From Candidatus Hydrogenedens sp. (GTDB lineage: Bacteria; Hydrogenedentota; Hydrogenedentia; Hydrogenedentales; Hydrogenedentaceae), in NCBI GenBank assembly GCA_049968235.1, contig JBMFRC010000021.1, positions 1 through 56,029 on the forward strand: a DNA stretch of 56,029 nt. Reading direction: 5' to 3'. Shown piece after piece: positions 47,715-56,029 of the stretch. The first letter of the stretch is position 1. Each line of letters opens with the position of its first letter. The translations under genes were made by a program, and so were the position numbers. The notes beneath the pieces are model-generated. The model made no database searches. It saw only the letters and a list, made by a program, of their open reading frames with translations, and was not told the DNA's origin.

Positions 47715-48539
47715 ATGCCTCAAACTTTCTTTTTAACAGGTTGTGCCAGTGGGATGGGTCGGCACATGACCACTGTCTTCGTAAGGCAGGGGCATCGCGT
47801 AGTTGCAACGGACATTGCTGGTGAACGATTGGAACAAATAGCCAGTGAAGAAGGGTGGTCTCCATCACAGGTTCGGCTTTTTCAATTAGATGTTACAAAG
47901 TATGAGGTATGGGAAGAGGTTTTTAATAAAGCAATAAAGGAATGGGAGGGGATTGATGTTACCATTAATTTTGCTGGGTTACTCCTTTCCTCCTGGGTAA
48001 CAGAGACGCCTCTGAAAGAAATTCATTCACAAATTGATGTAAATCTCAAAGGAACGATTTTCGGAACACAAATATCTGCACGACACATGGCCGAACGCGG
48101 ACACGGACATATTATCAATATTTCATCTATAGCGGGTATTGTGCCTGTTCCTGGATTATCCATTTATTCCGCAAGTAAACATGCTGTTCGGGCTTATTCC
48201 CTCTCGGCAGGTATGGAACTTCGTAAGAAAGGGGTATTTGTTACTGTGATTTGTCCTGCCACTGTTCAGACACCCATGCTGGATAATCAACTGGATGTGG
48301 ATGCGGCAGAACTTTACTTCTCCGGACTACGAATTTTAACTGTCCATGACATTGAAAAGGCAATTGTAAAACGGGCACTTCGCAAAAAACCTATGGAAAT
48401 TTTTTTGCCTCGATTTAAGGTCAAACTCCTCCAAATTGTATCCCTTATGCCATGGTTAGGACCTTATATCTCACCCATATATCAATGGGCGGGTAGATGG
48501 AGACAGAACCGTAGACGCAAAAATTTATCTAAACAATAA
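47715..48539 (+). CDS. SDR-family NAD(P)-dependent oxidoreductase
   Basis: TGCASGMGRHM is the Rossmann TGxxxGxG. NISSIAG...YSASKHAV is the catalytic Ser and YxxxK. The RBS is TTAGGAGAAAT. Confidence 0.8.
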   Translation: MPQTFFLTGCASGMGRHMTTVFVRQGHRVVATDIAGERLEQIASEEGWSPSQVRLFQLDVTKYEVWEEVFNKAIKEWEGIDVTINFAGLLLSSWVTETPLKEIHSQIDVNLKGTIFGTQISARHMAERGHGHIINISSIAGIVPVPGLSIYSASKHAVRAYSLSAGMELRKKGVFVTVICPATVQTPMLDNQLDVDAAELYFSGLRILTVHDIEKAIVKRALRKKPMEIFLPRFKVKLLQIVSLMPWLGPYISPIYQWAGRWRQNRRRKNLSKQ

Positions 48540-48708
48540 CCATCTCTCCTCTTTTTACAATTTAATGGAAGCATATCAATTTATTTATCCTTTTCTTTGT
48601 ATCCCTGTAATGAAAAATTTTTCCTTTTCGACTACTCATTAGATATCCTTTTTCGTTATAATAAATATCATATTATCAGCACACTAAATCTTATCAGAGG
48701 GAAATTTA

Positions 48709-49371
48709 ATGAAACAGATTTTTTTCTCACTAATACTATTACTTTTTTCCTGTTCTATTTTTTGTTCCTGTATCCCCAGTCAACCAACACCGCCCCCCCC
48801 CCCTGAAATGGCTGAACCTGGCTCTTCATCCGTCCCCAATTCTCCCCCACAAAATACCCCCGACTCAACAACTACCCCTGTTCCGGAAAACAAATCGAAT
48901 CCGGATATTTCAAAAAAGGCATCGGAAACATCCGCATCTATAGACAAGAAATCTAAAGCCACAGTGCGTTTTGGGGTAGCGGGAGCAGGATTTCCTTTCT
49001 CCATTCAACAAACACCCCTCGTTGGACAGGAAGGATTTTCTATAAAAGGTTCTTTTGGGCTCAATGGCACCATAACCCGTCCGGACAAAACCAAAGATTT
49101 ATGGGTATTTTCCGGACAATTTGAACTCCCTTCTGAAGATTATAAAATTGGTGAAGTAACTTATGATGTTCTCAATGCACCCATAGAATACTATACACAA
49201 AAGAAGCCTTTACCCCCCACGCTCATTCCTCAGGTCATGATAACTATACCCGTAAAATTACCGCCTAACGCAAAAGATGAAAAGGGAAATGTAAAAGTTC
49301 CTTTTCATCTTGAAATTCCTGTCTCTGCAAAAGCCCAGTTCCTTTTCACACTGGTAGATAAATCTTCTTAA
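48709..49371 (+). CDS. putative lipoprotein with Pro-rich linker
   Basis: MKQIFFSLILLLFSCSIF is a signal peptide with a lipobox-like LFSC. A Pro/Ser/Thr-rich linker follows, then a beta-rich domain. The coding sequence contains a C11 homopolymer at 48793-48803. Confidence 0.55.
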   Translation: MKQIFFSLILLLFSCSIFCSCIPSQPTPPPPPEMAEPGSSSVPNSPPQNTPDSTTTPVPENKSNPDISKKASETSASIDKKSKATVRFGVAGAGFPFSIQQTPLVGQEGFSIKGSFGLNGTITRPDKTKDLWVFSGQFELPSEDYKIGEVTYDVLNAPIEYYTQKKPLPPTLIPQVMITIPVKLPPNAKDEKGNVKVPFHLEIPVSAKAQFLFTLVDKSS

Positions 49372-49377
49372 CCCGAT

Positions 49378-50307
49378 ATGGAACATCCTAAAGAAGAAAA
49401 GAGAATTGATTCTTATATCCGCACATCAGAGGGACTGCGATTGGAAAAACCTTCCTTAAAAGAGTTATGTCAGAGATATAATATTCGTTTCAAAAAACGA
49501 TTGGGACAGAATCTTCTCCTCGATGATAATATCCACCGTATTATGGTGGAATCATCTTATCTGAGCCGGGATGATGCAGTAATTGAAGTAGGTGCCGGAT
49601 TGGGTGCTCTTACCTGGCACCTGGTCCAACATGCAGGGCAAGTACTGGCTGTGGAAATAGACCCCTCTTTTATCCCTTGTTTACAGGACCGATTTGGACA
49701 CTTGCCTTATGTAAAATTATTCCGCGGGGATATATTAAATCACAAATTAGAAGAACTTGTTCGTGAATTTATCCCTGATGCACAACATTACAAGATGCTT
49801 TCAAATTTGCCCTACTATATTACTACCCCTATTCTATTCCAATTTTTAGAATCTGCAGTAAATTTTGAATTGATTGTCATCATGGTCCAATATGAAGTTG
49901 GGTTAAGAATGTCCGCAAGATTTGGTACTAAAGATTATGGGGTATTAAGTCTTGCTGTGCAGTCTTTATATCATGTAGATTTGGTGCATTCTGTTCCACG
50001 AACCTGTTTTATTCCGCGTCCCGAGGTTGACAGCTGCATTGTTCGACTGCGAAAAATTGTGCCTCCTCTCATGTCTGAAGATAAAAGGAAAAAAGTACTT
50101 CGGATTGTTCACTCCGCTTTTTCCCAACGGAGAAAAAGTCTCAAAAATGCGTTGAGTAAATCTCCTCTGTTGCACTATTCGCCTGCACAGGTGTTATCCG
50201 CATTGCAAGATACAGGCATTGACCCATCTCGTCGCGCGGAAACATTAACATGGCAGGATTTTGTTCTACTCACGGAAGCCTTAGAAAAGATTGAACCGAA
50301 ACCTTAA
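49378..50307 (+). CDS. rsmA: 16S rRNA (adenine1518/1519-N6)-dimethyltransferase
   Basis: KRLGQNLLLDDNIHRIM matches the KsgA GQNFLxD motif. VIEVGAGLGALT is the SAM-binding motif I. It carries an N-terminal extension of ~33 aa. Confidence 0.85.
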   Translation: MEHPKEEKRIDSYIRTSEGLRLEKPSLKELCQRYNIRFKKRLGQNLLLDDNIHRIMVESSYLSRDDAVIEVGAGLGALTWHLVQHAGQVLAVEIDPSFIPCLQDRFGHLPYVKLFRGDILNHKLEELVREFIPDAQHYKMLSNLPYYITTPILFQFLESAVNFELIVIMVQYEVGLRMSARFGTKDYGVLSLAVQSLYHVDLVHSVPRTCFIPRPEVDSCIVRLRKIVPPLMSEDKRKKVLRIVHSAFSQRRKSLKNALSKSPLLHYSPAQVLSALQDTGIDPSRRAETLTWQDFVLLTEALEKIEPKP

Positions 50308-50345
50308 AAAATTATAATCTAAGTATAGTTATTGAAAGTAAATTT

Positions 50346-51437
50346 ATGAATAATCCTGTTGATTACATAGCCCATAGTGTAATACAAAATCTGGAAAGTG
50401 GTGTTCTTGTTATTAATGATGAAGGTAAAATTTTAATTATTAATTCTTCCGCTCTGAAACATCTCAAAATAAAACCTCAAATATTACATCCGGGAGAAAC
50501 TATCTATAATATTAAAGAATTAGCCCCTTTTATAGAGATTTATAACGAACTACTTGATAAGAAAGAATCTATATCCCGAAGGAAGATAACATTAGACATA
50601 GAAGGAGAAAAAATCTTAGGTCTAACCAGTTCTTTAATTAAAGAAGGAGAGAAGATTCTCGGGGCGGTATTTTTATTCACAGACCTTACACAGATAAAAA
50701 AACTACAACATGAAGCGGAAGTTAACAAGCAATTAGCACAAATAGGGACTTTAACTGCAAGTATTGTCCATGAGTTTCGCAATCCTTTAGGTGTTATCTC
50801 GGGTATGACAGAGTTTTTGATTCAAAAATCAGCAGATAAACCGGAACTTGTAAAAAACCTGAATCTTATATTAAAGGAAACGGAACAATTGAACCTTCTG
50901 GTAAATCAATTCCTTAGTTTTGCCAGACCTCAGGAAGTATATATTCAAAAACAAACCACAGACTTTATTATTCAGGAAGCAATCCATATTTGCTCGCACA
51001 TTATTGAAAAATACTCCGCAACTATAGAAGTAGAACAAATCCCCAAAAATCTCCAATTCATATTTGCTGATGCGGATAAACTATCCACCGCTATTGCCAA
51101 TCTGATTCGCAATGCTATTGAGGTACAAATTGAACAGGATAAAAAATGGGTACGAATTTCTGTTGATTCAGATGGCGAATGTATGATTATCCGTGTAGAG
51201 GATAAGGGCCCTGGCTTACCGGAGAAAATAAAAAAGCATGAATTATTTAAGCCATTCATTACAAAGAAAAAAGGTGGAACAGGGCTGGGGCTATCTATTG
51301 TTCAGCGAATTGTTATGGGGCATCGCGGTTGGGTAAATTGCCATAACCGACAGCCCAAAGGTGCCGTTTTTGAAATAGGTATCCCTCTGGAACCTTCTGC
51401 AGATTTCCCGAATCCAATGCCTCTACAATCCGTATAA
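50346..51437 (+). CDS. cytoplasmic PAS-domain sensor histidine kinase
   Basis: No TM segments. PAS-like N-terminus, HisKA VHEFRNPLGVISG, and HATPase_c ...DKGPGLPE...GGTGLGLSIVQRIV. Confidence 0.8.
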   Translation: MNNPVDYIAHSVIQNLESGVLVINDEGKILIINSSALKHLKIKPQILHPGETIYNIKELAPFIEIYNELLDKKESISRRKITLDIEGEKILGLTSSLIKEGEKILGAVFLFTDLTQIKKLQHEAEVNKQLAQIGTLTASIVHEFRNPLGVISGMTEFLIQKSADKPELVKNLNLILKETEQLNLLVNQFLSFARPQEVYIQKQTTDFIIQEAIHICSHIIEKYSATIEVEQIPKNLQFIFADADKLSTAIANLIRNAIEVQIEQDKKWVRISVDSDGECMIIRVEDKGPGLPEKIKKHELFKPFITKKKGGTGLGLSIVQRIVMGHRGWVNCHNRQPKGAVFEIGIPLEPSADFPNPMPLQSV

Positions 51438-51453
51438 GGGGAACCGCAGTTTT

Positions 51454-52119
51454 ATGTTTGAAGTTTTCATTTATAAGAATTTACAAAATTATGAAACGAT
51501 TTACCGACAACAAACAAAACGAAGGGAACAATTACAAAACAGCATGGCAGAAGAATGCCTTTTTCTTCTTGAACATACCCCTGTTTTTACCGCAGGACGA
51601 CAGTTCCAACAGCAACATCTCCTTATTTCACCCGAAATTTGCAAACAACGAGGCATCTCTTTTATACACACGGACCGCGGAGGAGATATAACCTATCACG
51701 GACCTGGACAATTGGTAGGTTATCCTATTCTTAATCTTGCATCTCACAAAATGTCTGTTCATCAGTATATTCGAAAATTAGAAGAAACGATAATGGATAC
51801 ACTCGCTTGCTATAACATTTCATCACAAACGATAAAGTCTCTTACAGGCGTCTGGGTTGAGGATAAAAAAATTTCTGCAATTGGAATTGGAGTAAAAAAT
51901 AGTATTACCTGGCATGGTTTTAGTATTAATATAAATCTTGACTTAACTCCTTTCCAATGGATTATCCCTTGCGGAATATCGAATAAAAAAGTTACCTCAC
52001 TCAAGAACGAAATAAATGGACATCTACCCTGCCCTACCTGCGAAGAATTTATTCATACTTTCCTCCCTATTTTCTCTAAACATTTTTGCATACCGGAAAT
52101 ATCCATAATCGAAATCTGA
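51454..52119 (+). CDS. lipB: lipoyl(octanoyl) transferase
   Basis: RGGDITYHGPGQLVGYPILNL matches LipB RGGxxTYHGPGQ. ISAIGIGVKNSITWHGFSINI is the catalytic Lys region. Confidence 0.85.
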   Translation: MFEVFIYKNLQNYETIYRQQTKRREQLQNSMAEECLFLLEHTPVFTAGRQFQQQHLLISPEICKQRGISFIHTDRGGDITYHGPGQLVGYPILNLASHKMSVHQYIRKLEETIMDTLACYNISSQTIKSLTGVWVEDKKISAIGIGVKNSITWHGFSININLDLTPFQWIIPCGISNKKVTSLKNEINGHLPCPTCEEFIHTFLPIFSKHFCIPEISIIEI

Positions 52120-52156
52120 TATTTCAATAGAACAAGACATGCCCCTGTTTTTCACC

Positions 52157-52588
52157 TCACAGTTCTATCTCGCCGATTTTGTAAAAAGTTCCCTTTCCAT
52201 ATCCAATTATATCTTTTCCGGAATAAACCTTACCTTCTGCAAATAACACATGTTTCCCTGCATGAACTACTTTACCTTCCGCATATAAAGTCGTATCAAA
52301 TGCTCCACCTTTTGGAAATGCTATGGATATATCAACCGTTACAGACTTAATACCTAAACTTCGTACCGCATTACCCATAACCGCATCCAATAGGGACATA
52401 ACCAAACCCCCATGAACAAATCCCATAGGGTTAGCATGTTTTGTCTCCGGCACAGCATACATTACCACTTCGCCCTTCGATAATGAATCCAGGTGAATTC
52501 CTAACAAATTATAATAGGGAGTAGTTTCAATTGATTGATGTAGATACTCAAATAATTTTTTATCAATTCCTTTATTTTTAATTTCCAT
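52157..52588 (-). CDS. PaaI-family hotdog-fold thioesterase
   Basis: 143 aa with NPMGFVHGGLVMSLLDAVMGNAV, the PaaI/4HBT HGG motif region. Confidence 0.7.
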   Translation of the reverse strand: MEIKNKGIDKKLFEYLHQSIETTPYYNLLGIHLDSLSKGEVVMYAVPETKHANPMGFVHGGLVMSLLDAVMGNAVRSLGIKSVTVDISIAFPKGGAFDTTLYAEGKVVHAGKHVLFAEGKVYSGKDIIGYGKGTFYKIGEIEL

Positions 52589-52668
52589 TATTTCTTTCCA
52601 TAATGATTGTATAAATTGAAATCATGCCCCAGTTATATATTTCTAAACATTAATATATAACATCTGCT

Positions 52669-55665
52669 TTACTTTGAATTATCATGCTTTTCTTCTGAAG
52701 GTTCAACTGCCTGTATAGTATTATCCTTTTCCGAATGCTCACCGGGTAATGCAACAATGGGCTCATTAACATAGTCATATTCGATACTCAAACCGCATTT
52801 TTCAATAATCTCTTTTATATCATTGAAAACACTGTCGGGTGTGCGAAGTGATTTTCTCAACAATACCTTTTTCTTCCCTTTCCCTTTCTCTTTTTCAAGT
52901 AATTGAGGCAATTCGGATAGACTAACTTTTTGTCCACCTATAAATAGCGTTCCATTATTTCCCACAGAAACGCGTACTTCTGATTTTCGGTCAGGATATG
53001 CCTGTTCATGAAGTTTACCCCAGAGATTACGGGATTCATAACGAACATCCTCTGAAATTTTGTCCTCAGCACGTGTAAGCATTTCTGCTTCCGGATGGGT
53101 ATATTCATCAACAACCGTCGTAGTTATAAAAATAAGTAAATTGTTATTCCCTGCTGTCCTCGATGGATTTCGGAATAACTTCCCTAAAAGAGGAATGTCT
53201 CCTAATAAAGGTGTTTTCGTTACCAGATGCGAACTCCGACTTCTCCGCAATCCTCCTAAAACAACGGTTTCACCACTTTTTACCCGAAGTTGTGTTTCTG
53301 CATGGCGTATCGTTTTTTCCGGAACGGTCGATGTTTGGTCATATGCTTTGATTTCCTTATCCTTATAGGAACTATCCTCAGCACTAATATCCAGCAAAAT
53401 ACTGTTTTCTTCTGTAATACGAGGAACAACGGATAAGATGGTTCCTACATCAATAAATTCAACTCGATTGTATCCACCATAATAACCGCCATAATAGGGA
53501 TAACTATAGTATGGGTTATATTGATTGTTCGTAGTGGTTCCGCTTGTAGTTTGACGGTAATTATAAGTATATGGAGAATATCCTCCTGCAGTTCCGGAGA
53601 TATATGGGACACGTGTGGCGTTCTCAAAAATGGCTTCTTCACCATCCTGAACTACAACCCGCGGAGATGAGAGAATGGTTGCCTTATTCTGGCGGTCAAG
53701 ATAATTTAAGGCTACGGAAAGATTATTCCCGAGGAAATGGTCAATCACAGGCTTATTCTGAAGTGTTTGAAGTTGAGGTCGTGTAATATTTCCACTATTG
53801 TCCACAGTCAAAGGACCAAAACGCGGAACCAATGAGGGCAATTGTCCAACACTCATTGATTCTCCACTGCCGGAAGGAGATGCTATATCTTTTACGCCGG
53901 AACCTCCATGAATAACGATTGGCACATTACCTGAAGTACCATAATATGACCAGTTGATACCTAAAGAACGCTCTAACTCCGTATCCATTTCTACAATAAA
54001 GGCTTCTATCAATACCTGCTTCCGTTTTATATCCCATGTTTTTATCAATTCATCAATTTCTGCAATACGACTTGGTAAAGCGGTAACCGTTATTTGATGG
54101 GTCATATCATCAACCACAACCTGTCCCATATCGGAAGGAACTAGATTTTCTATCTGGTCGGCAATAAAATCAATATCTGCATACTTAATTACCCATGTGC
54201 GGGTTTCAAGCCGTATATCTAATGTCTTTATAAATTCACCGATACGGTCTAATCGCGAGGGCAAATCTGTTACGATGATTACATTGGTTCGTGGGTCTAC
54301 CTGCACGACCCCTCTCTGTGAAATCATTTCCCCGAGGGAATCGGCTATATTCTCAACATCTACATATTGAATAGAAAAACTTCTCGTCTCCATCGGGACA
54401 TCCAGACGGGCAACCACTTCTTCCATTTTTTCTAATGAAGTAGGGGAATCCCAAACAAAGATATTTCCACTTCGTGTATCCACCAGAAGGCTTCCATTTG
54501 AAGTCAACATAGAAGTTAAAACAGTTTCTACATCGGATACATCAGCATGTTTAATAGTGAAAATTTTCTTCTCCAGTGGGACGTCCAGTTCTTTCACTGT
54601 TTTCTCCATTTGATTGATATTATCTTCAATATCCCACACATAGATAACACCGGTTCGTGTATCCGTTATCATTTTCCCGATACCGGATAAAAGAGAGGAT
54701 ATAATGGCTTCCATATAGGATATATCTGCGTTTTTAATCTTAAATTCATGCGGTTTCAAATCCCCAAATGTTTTTATTAACCATTCCTCCTTTGTAAAAA
54801 CACGCATAAAATTTGTCTTTTCATCAAATTCATAGAAAATATCATAAAATTTTAATACTTCCAATGCCTCTTTCGGTTTTTTATCTACAATCCAGAAATT
54901 CATCTGCAAATCTTTGGCACCATCAGAGACAATAATATTCCAGTTCGTTGCTAAATGAATGGCTTCCAAAAATTCTCCCACAGTCATCGGACCCGGTAAA
55001 GTTAATGGCTCCCCCACATCAGGCAATTCGGAGTATTTTAATTTTCTACTAAATAAAATATCAAAGAAACCGGGGACAGTCCCCCCCTGTTGTGTTCCTG
55101 TAGTTCCAGTGGCTCCCACAGCTTGTCCTATACTGGATAATAAACCTTTGAATCCCGGTGCAGGGGGCGTTGTTCCAGATGAAGTACCACCTCCGGAAAG
55201 CATAGAGGGAGTTCGAGGTCCCGGGGGGGTAGGTGGGGTTGTCCCTCCTGCAGGTGGGGCAGGTGTTAAGGTTTGCTGAGCACCTTGACCCTCTTTCTTT
55301 CCCGAAGAACCTGTTATTGTTTTTGTTCCTGTACGTTTTTCTTTTTGAGATGTAGTTTCTTCTTTGGGTTTCTCTTCCTTAGGTTTTGTTTCTGATGTTT
55401 TTGTTTTATCCGATTCTTCTTTTTGTTTCATACCTTGACTTCTCAAAGAAGAACCTTGTTGTGTCATATCACTACCGAATCCACCACCTGGACTATTTAA
55501 ATTAAATCGTGTGGGTTGTTTTCGAACAGAAGATGATGTTTTACCGGTATTCCTTGTTGAAGGACGGGCAACGGGACTGGTCGGTGACTGTTGCGCAAAA
55601 GAGAGAAAATCCATTAATAGAAATATGGAAAAAAGAATTATCATCTGTAAAATAATTTTTTTCAT
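52669..55665 (-). CDS. type IV pilus / type II secretion secretin (PilQ/GspD family), long form with multiple N domains
   Basis: Signal peptide MKKIILQMIILFSIFLLMDFLSFAQQ, with the start set at 55665 (RBS GGAAG) rather than the track start 55719. A Pro/Thr/Gly-rich low-complexity region is followed by repeated secretin-N (NolW-like) modules. C-terminal secretin domain: ...KATILSSPRVVVQDGEEAIFENATRVPYIS... and ...GETVVLGGLRRSRSSHLVTKTPLLGDIPLLGKLFRN. Confidence 0.85.
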   Translation of the reverse strand: MKKIILQMIILFSIFLLMDFLSFAQQSPTSPVARPSTRNTGKTSSSVRKQPTRFNLNSPGGGFGSDMTQQGSSLRSQGMKQKEESDKTKTSETKPKEEKPKEETTSQKEKRTGTKTITGSSGKKEGQGAQQTLTPAPPAGGTTPPTPPGPRTPSMLSGGGTSSGTTPPAPGFKGLLSSIGQAVGATGTTGTQQGGTVPGFFDILFSRKLKYSELPDVGEPLTLPGPMTVGEFLEAIHLATNWNIIVSDGAKDLQMNFWIVDKKPKEALEVLKFYDIFYEFDEKTNFMRVFTKEEWLIKTFGDLKPHEFKIKNADISYMEAIISSLLSGIGKMITDTRTGVIYVWDIEDNINQMEKTVKELDVPLEKKIFTIKHADVSDVETVLTSMLTSNGSLLVDTRSGNIFVWDSPTSLEKMEEVVARLDVPMETRSFSIQYVDVENIADSLGEMISQRGVVQVDPRTNVIIVTDLPSRLDRIGEFIKTLDIRLETRTWVIKYADIDFIADQIENLVPSDMGQVVVDDMTHQITVTALPSRIAEIDELIKTWDIKRKQVLIEAFIVEMDTELERSLGINWSYYGTSGNVPIVIHGGSGVKDIASPSGSGESMSVGQLPSLVPRFGPLTVDNSGNITRPQLQTLQNKPVIDHFLGNNLSVALNYLDRQNKATILSSPRVVVQDGEEAIFENATRVPYISGTAGGYSPYTYNYRQTTSGTTTNNQYNPYYSYPYYGGYYGGYNRVEFIDVGTILSVVPRITEENSILLDISAEDSSYKDKEIKAYDQTSTVPEKTIRHAETQLRVKSGETVVLGGLRRSRSSHLVTKTPLLGDIPLLGKLFRNPSRTAGNNNLLIFITTTVVDEYTHPEAEMLTRAEDKISEDVRYESRNLWGKLHEQAYPDRKSEVRVSVGNNGTLFIGGQKVSLSELPQLLEKEKGKGKKKVLLRKSLRTPDSVFNDIKEIIEKCGLSIEYDYVNEPIVALPGEHSEKDNTIQAVEPSEEKHDNSK

Positions 55666-55786
55666 AGAAGTTTTTCTTCCTATAACTCTTCGGAGACGAA
55701 ACATATTTGCAATCATCATTCTGTCCTTGATGTTATACTTTTTCCTATGTATGATACATAGAGTGAGTGTTGTTTCACAAGATAAA

Positions 55787-56029
55787 TTATTCGCGATTTA
55801 TGGTATAGGGGATTTCTTCCTTTCCTTCTGCCCAGAAATATACAAATGTTACCGTGCTTCGGTCAAAGGATTGTAATTTACAACCTTTTACAGTATCTCC
55901 AACTCCAACCAATACTCCACGAGGTTCTTCCGGTGTAAATATCTTTATTTTTTGTCCAATTTGTTGCCGAGAAGCCTTTACTCCTTGCAACATTTGAGCC
56001 ACATCCGGTTTTTTAGGTGGCGGCGGTGG
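55787..56029 (-). CDS. PilP-like pilus assembly / secretin-interacting protein, C-terminal part (N-terminus beyond right edge)
   Basis: The ORF continues through the window end (…PPPPPKKPDVAQMLQGVKASRQQIGQKIKIFTPEEPRGVLVGVGDTVKGCKLQSFDRSTVTFVYFWAEGKEEIPYTINRE). A Pro-rich linker plus a C-terminal beta domain immediately upstream of the secretin matches the pilP/gspC position and pattern. Confidence 0.5.
   Translation of the reverse strand, partial: PPPPPKKPDVAQMLQGVKASRQQIGQKIKIFTPEEPRGVLVGVGDTVKGCKLQSFDRSTVTFVYFWAEGKEEIPYTINRE

Noticed and set aside
1-56029. CRISPR arrays, tRNA or rRNA genes
   Set aside because: No short direct repeats with regular spacers were seen. No T-loop GGTTCGAATCC-type tRNA signatures were found outside coding sequence, and no rRNA-like conserved blocks.

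Overview
This window is 56 kb of AT-rich (roughly 38-40% GC) bacterial chromosome. A DUF1559 prepilin-type protein and a very large secretin suggest a PVC-superphylum-like or candidate-phylum organism; that is inference only. 

The left third (1-17.4 kb) is accessory and cell-surface or carbohydrate oriented. It holds a partial secreted multi-PA14 adhesin-like protein, an SGNH hydrolase, a polytopic-membrane plus TPR protein, a decayed IS481-like transposase, a GH38-like secreted hydrolase, a hybrid PAS histidine kinase and a 969-aa membrane-anchored hypothetical protein. 

Two diverged, inverted copies of a ~700-770 bp non-coding element with 16-bp terminal inverted repeats (TGAGACCTCTGAAYAA) sit at 17618-18384 and 37918-38618. 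They bracket a 19.5 kb segment. 

That segment carries the conserved rpsB-tsf-pyrH-frr-uppS-cdsA-prfB-lysS-lolC-lolD housekeeping run. It also carries a PqaA-family secreted hydrolase with thrombospondin-type-3-like and dockerin-like repeats that is interrupted by an in-frame TGA, and an orphan 628-aa protein. 

The most interesting part of the segment is a sigma-54 module. A sigma-54 promoter with upstream dyad sites drives a small Cys-rich secreted protein with calcium-loop-like repeats. A sensor kinase with Cys-containing periplasmic domain and an NtrC-type regulator follow. Next come an unusual fusion of a PqqD-like domain to a MEMO1-like enzyme, and a pectate lyase carrying two in-frame stop codons. 

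The right part encodes a DUF1559 pseudopilin-like protein, a fused-MFS/spermidine-synthase-TPR protein, an NCS1-type permease, an outer-membrane beta-barrel, a sigma-70 region-4 protein, aroK, an SDR, a lipoprotein with a C11 homopolymer, rsmA, a PAS histidine kinase, lipB, a PaaI thioesterase, a 999-aa secretin and a partial PilP-like gene. 

No rRNA, tRNA or CRISPR arrays were recognised.
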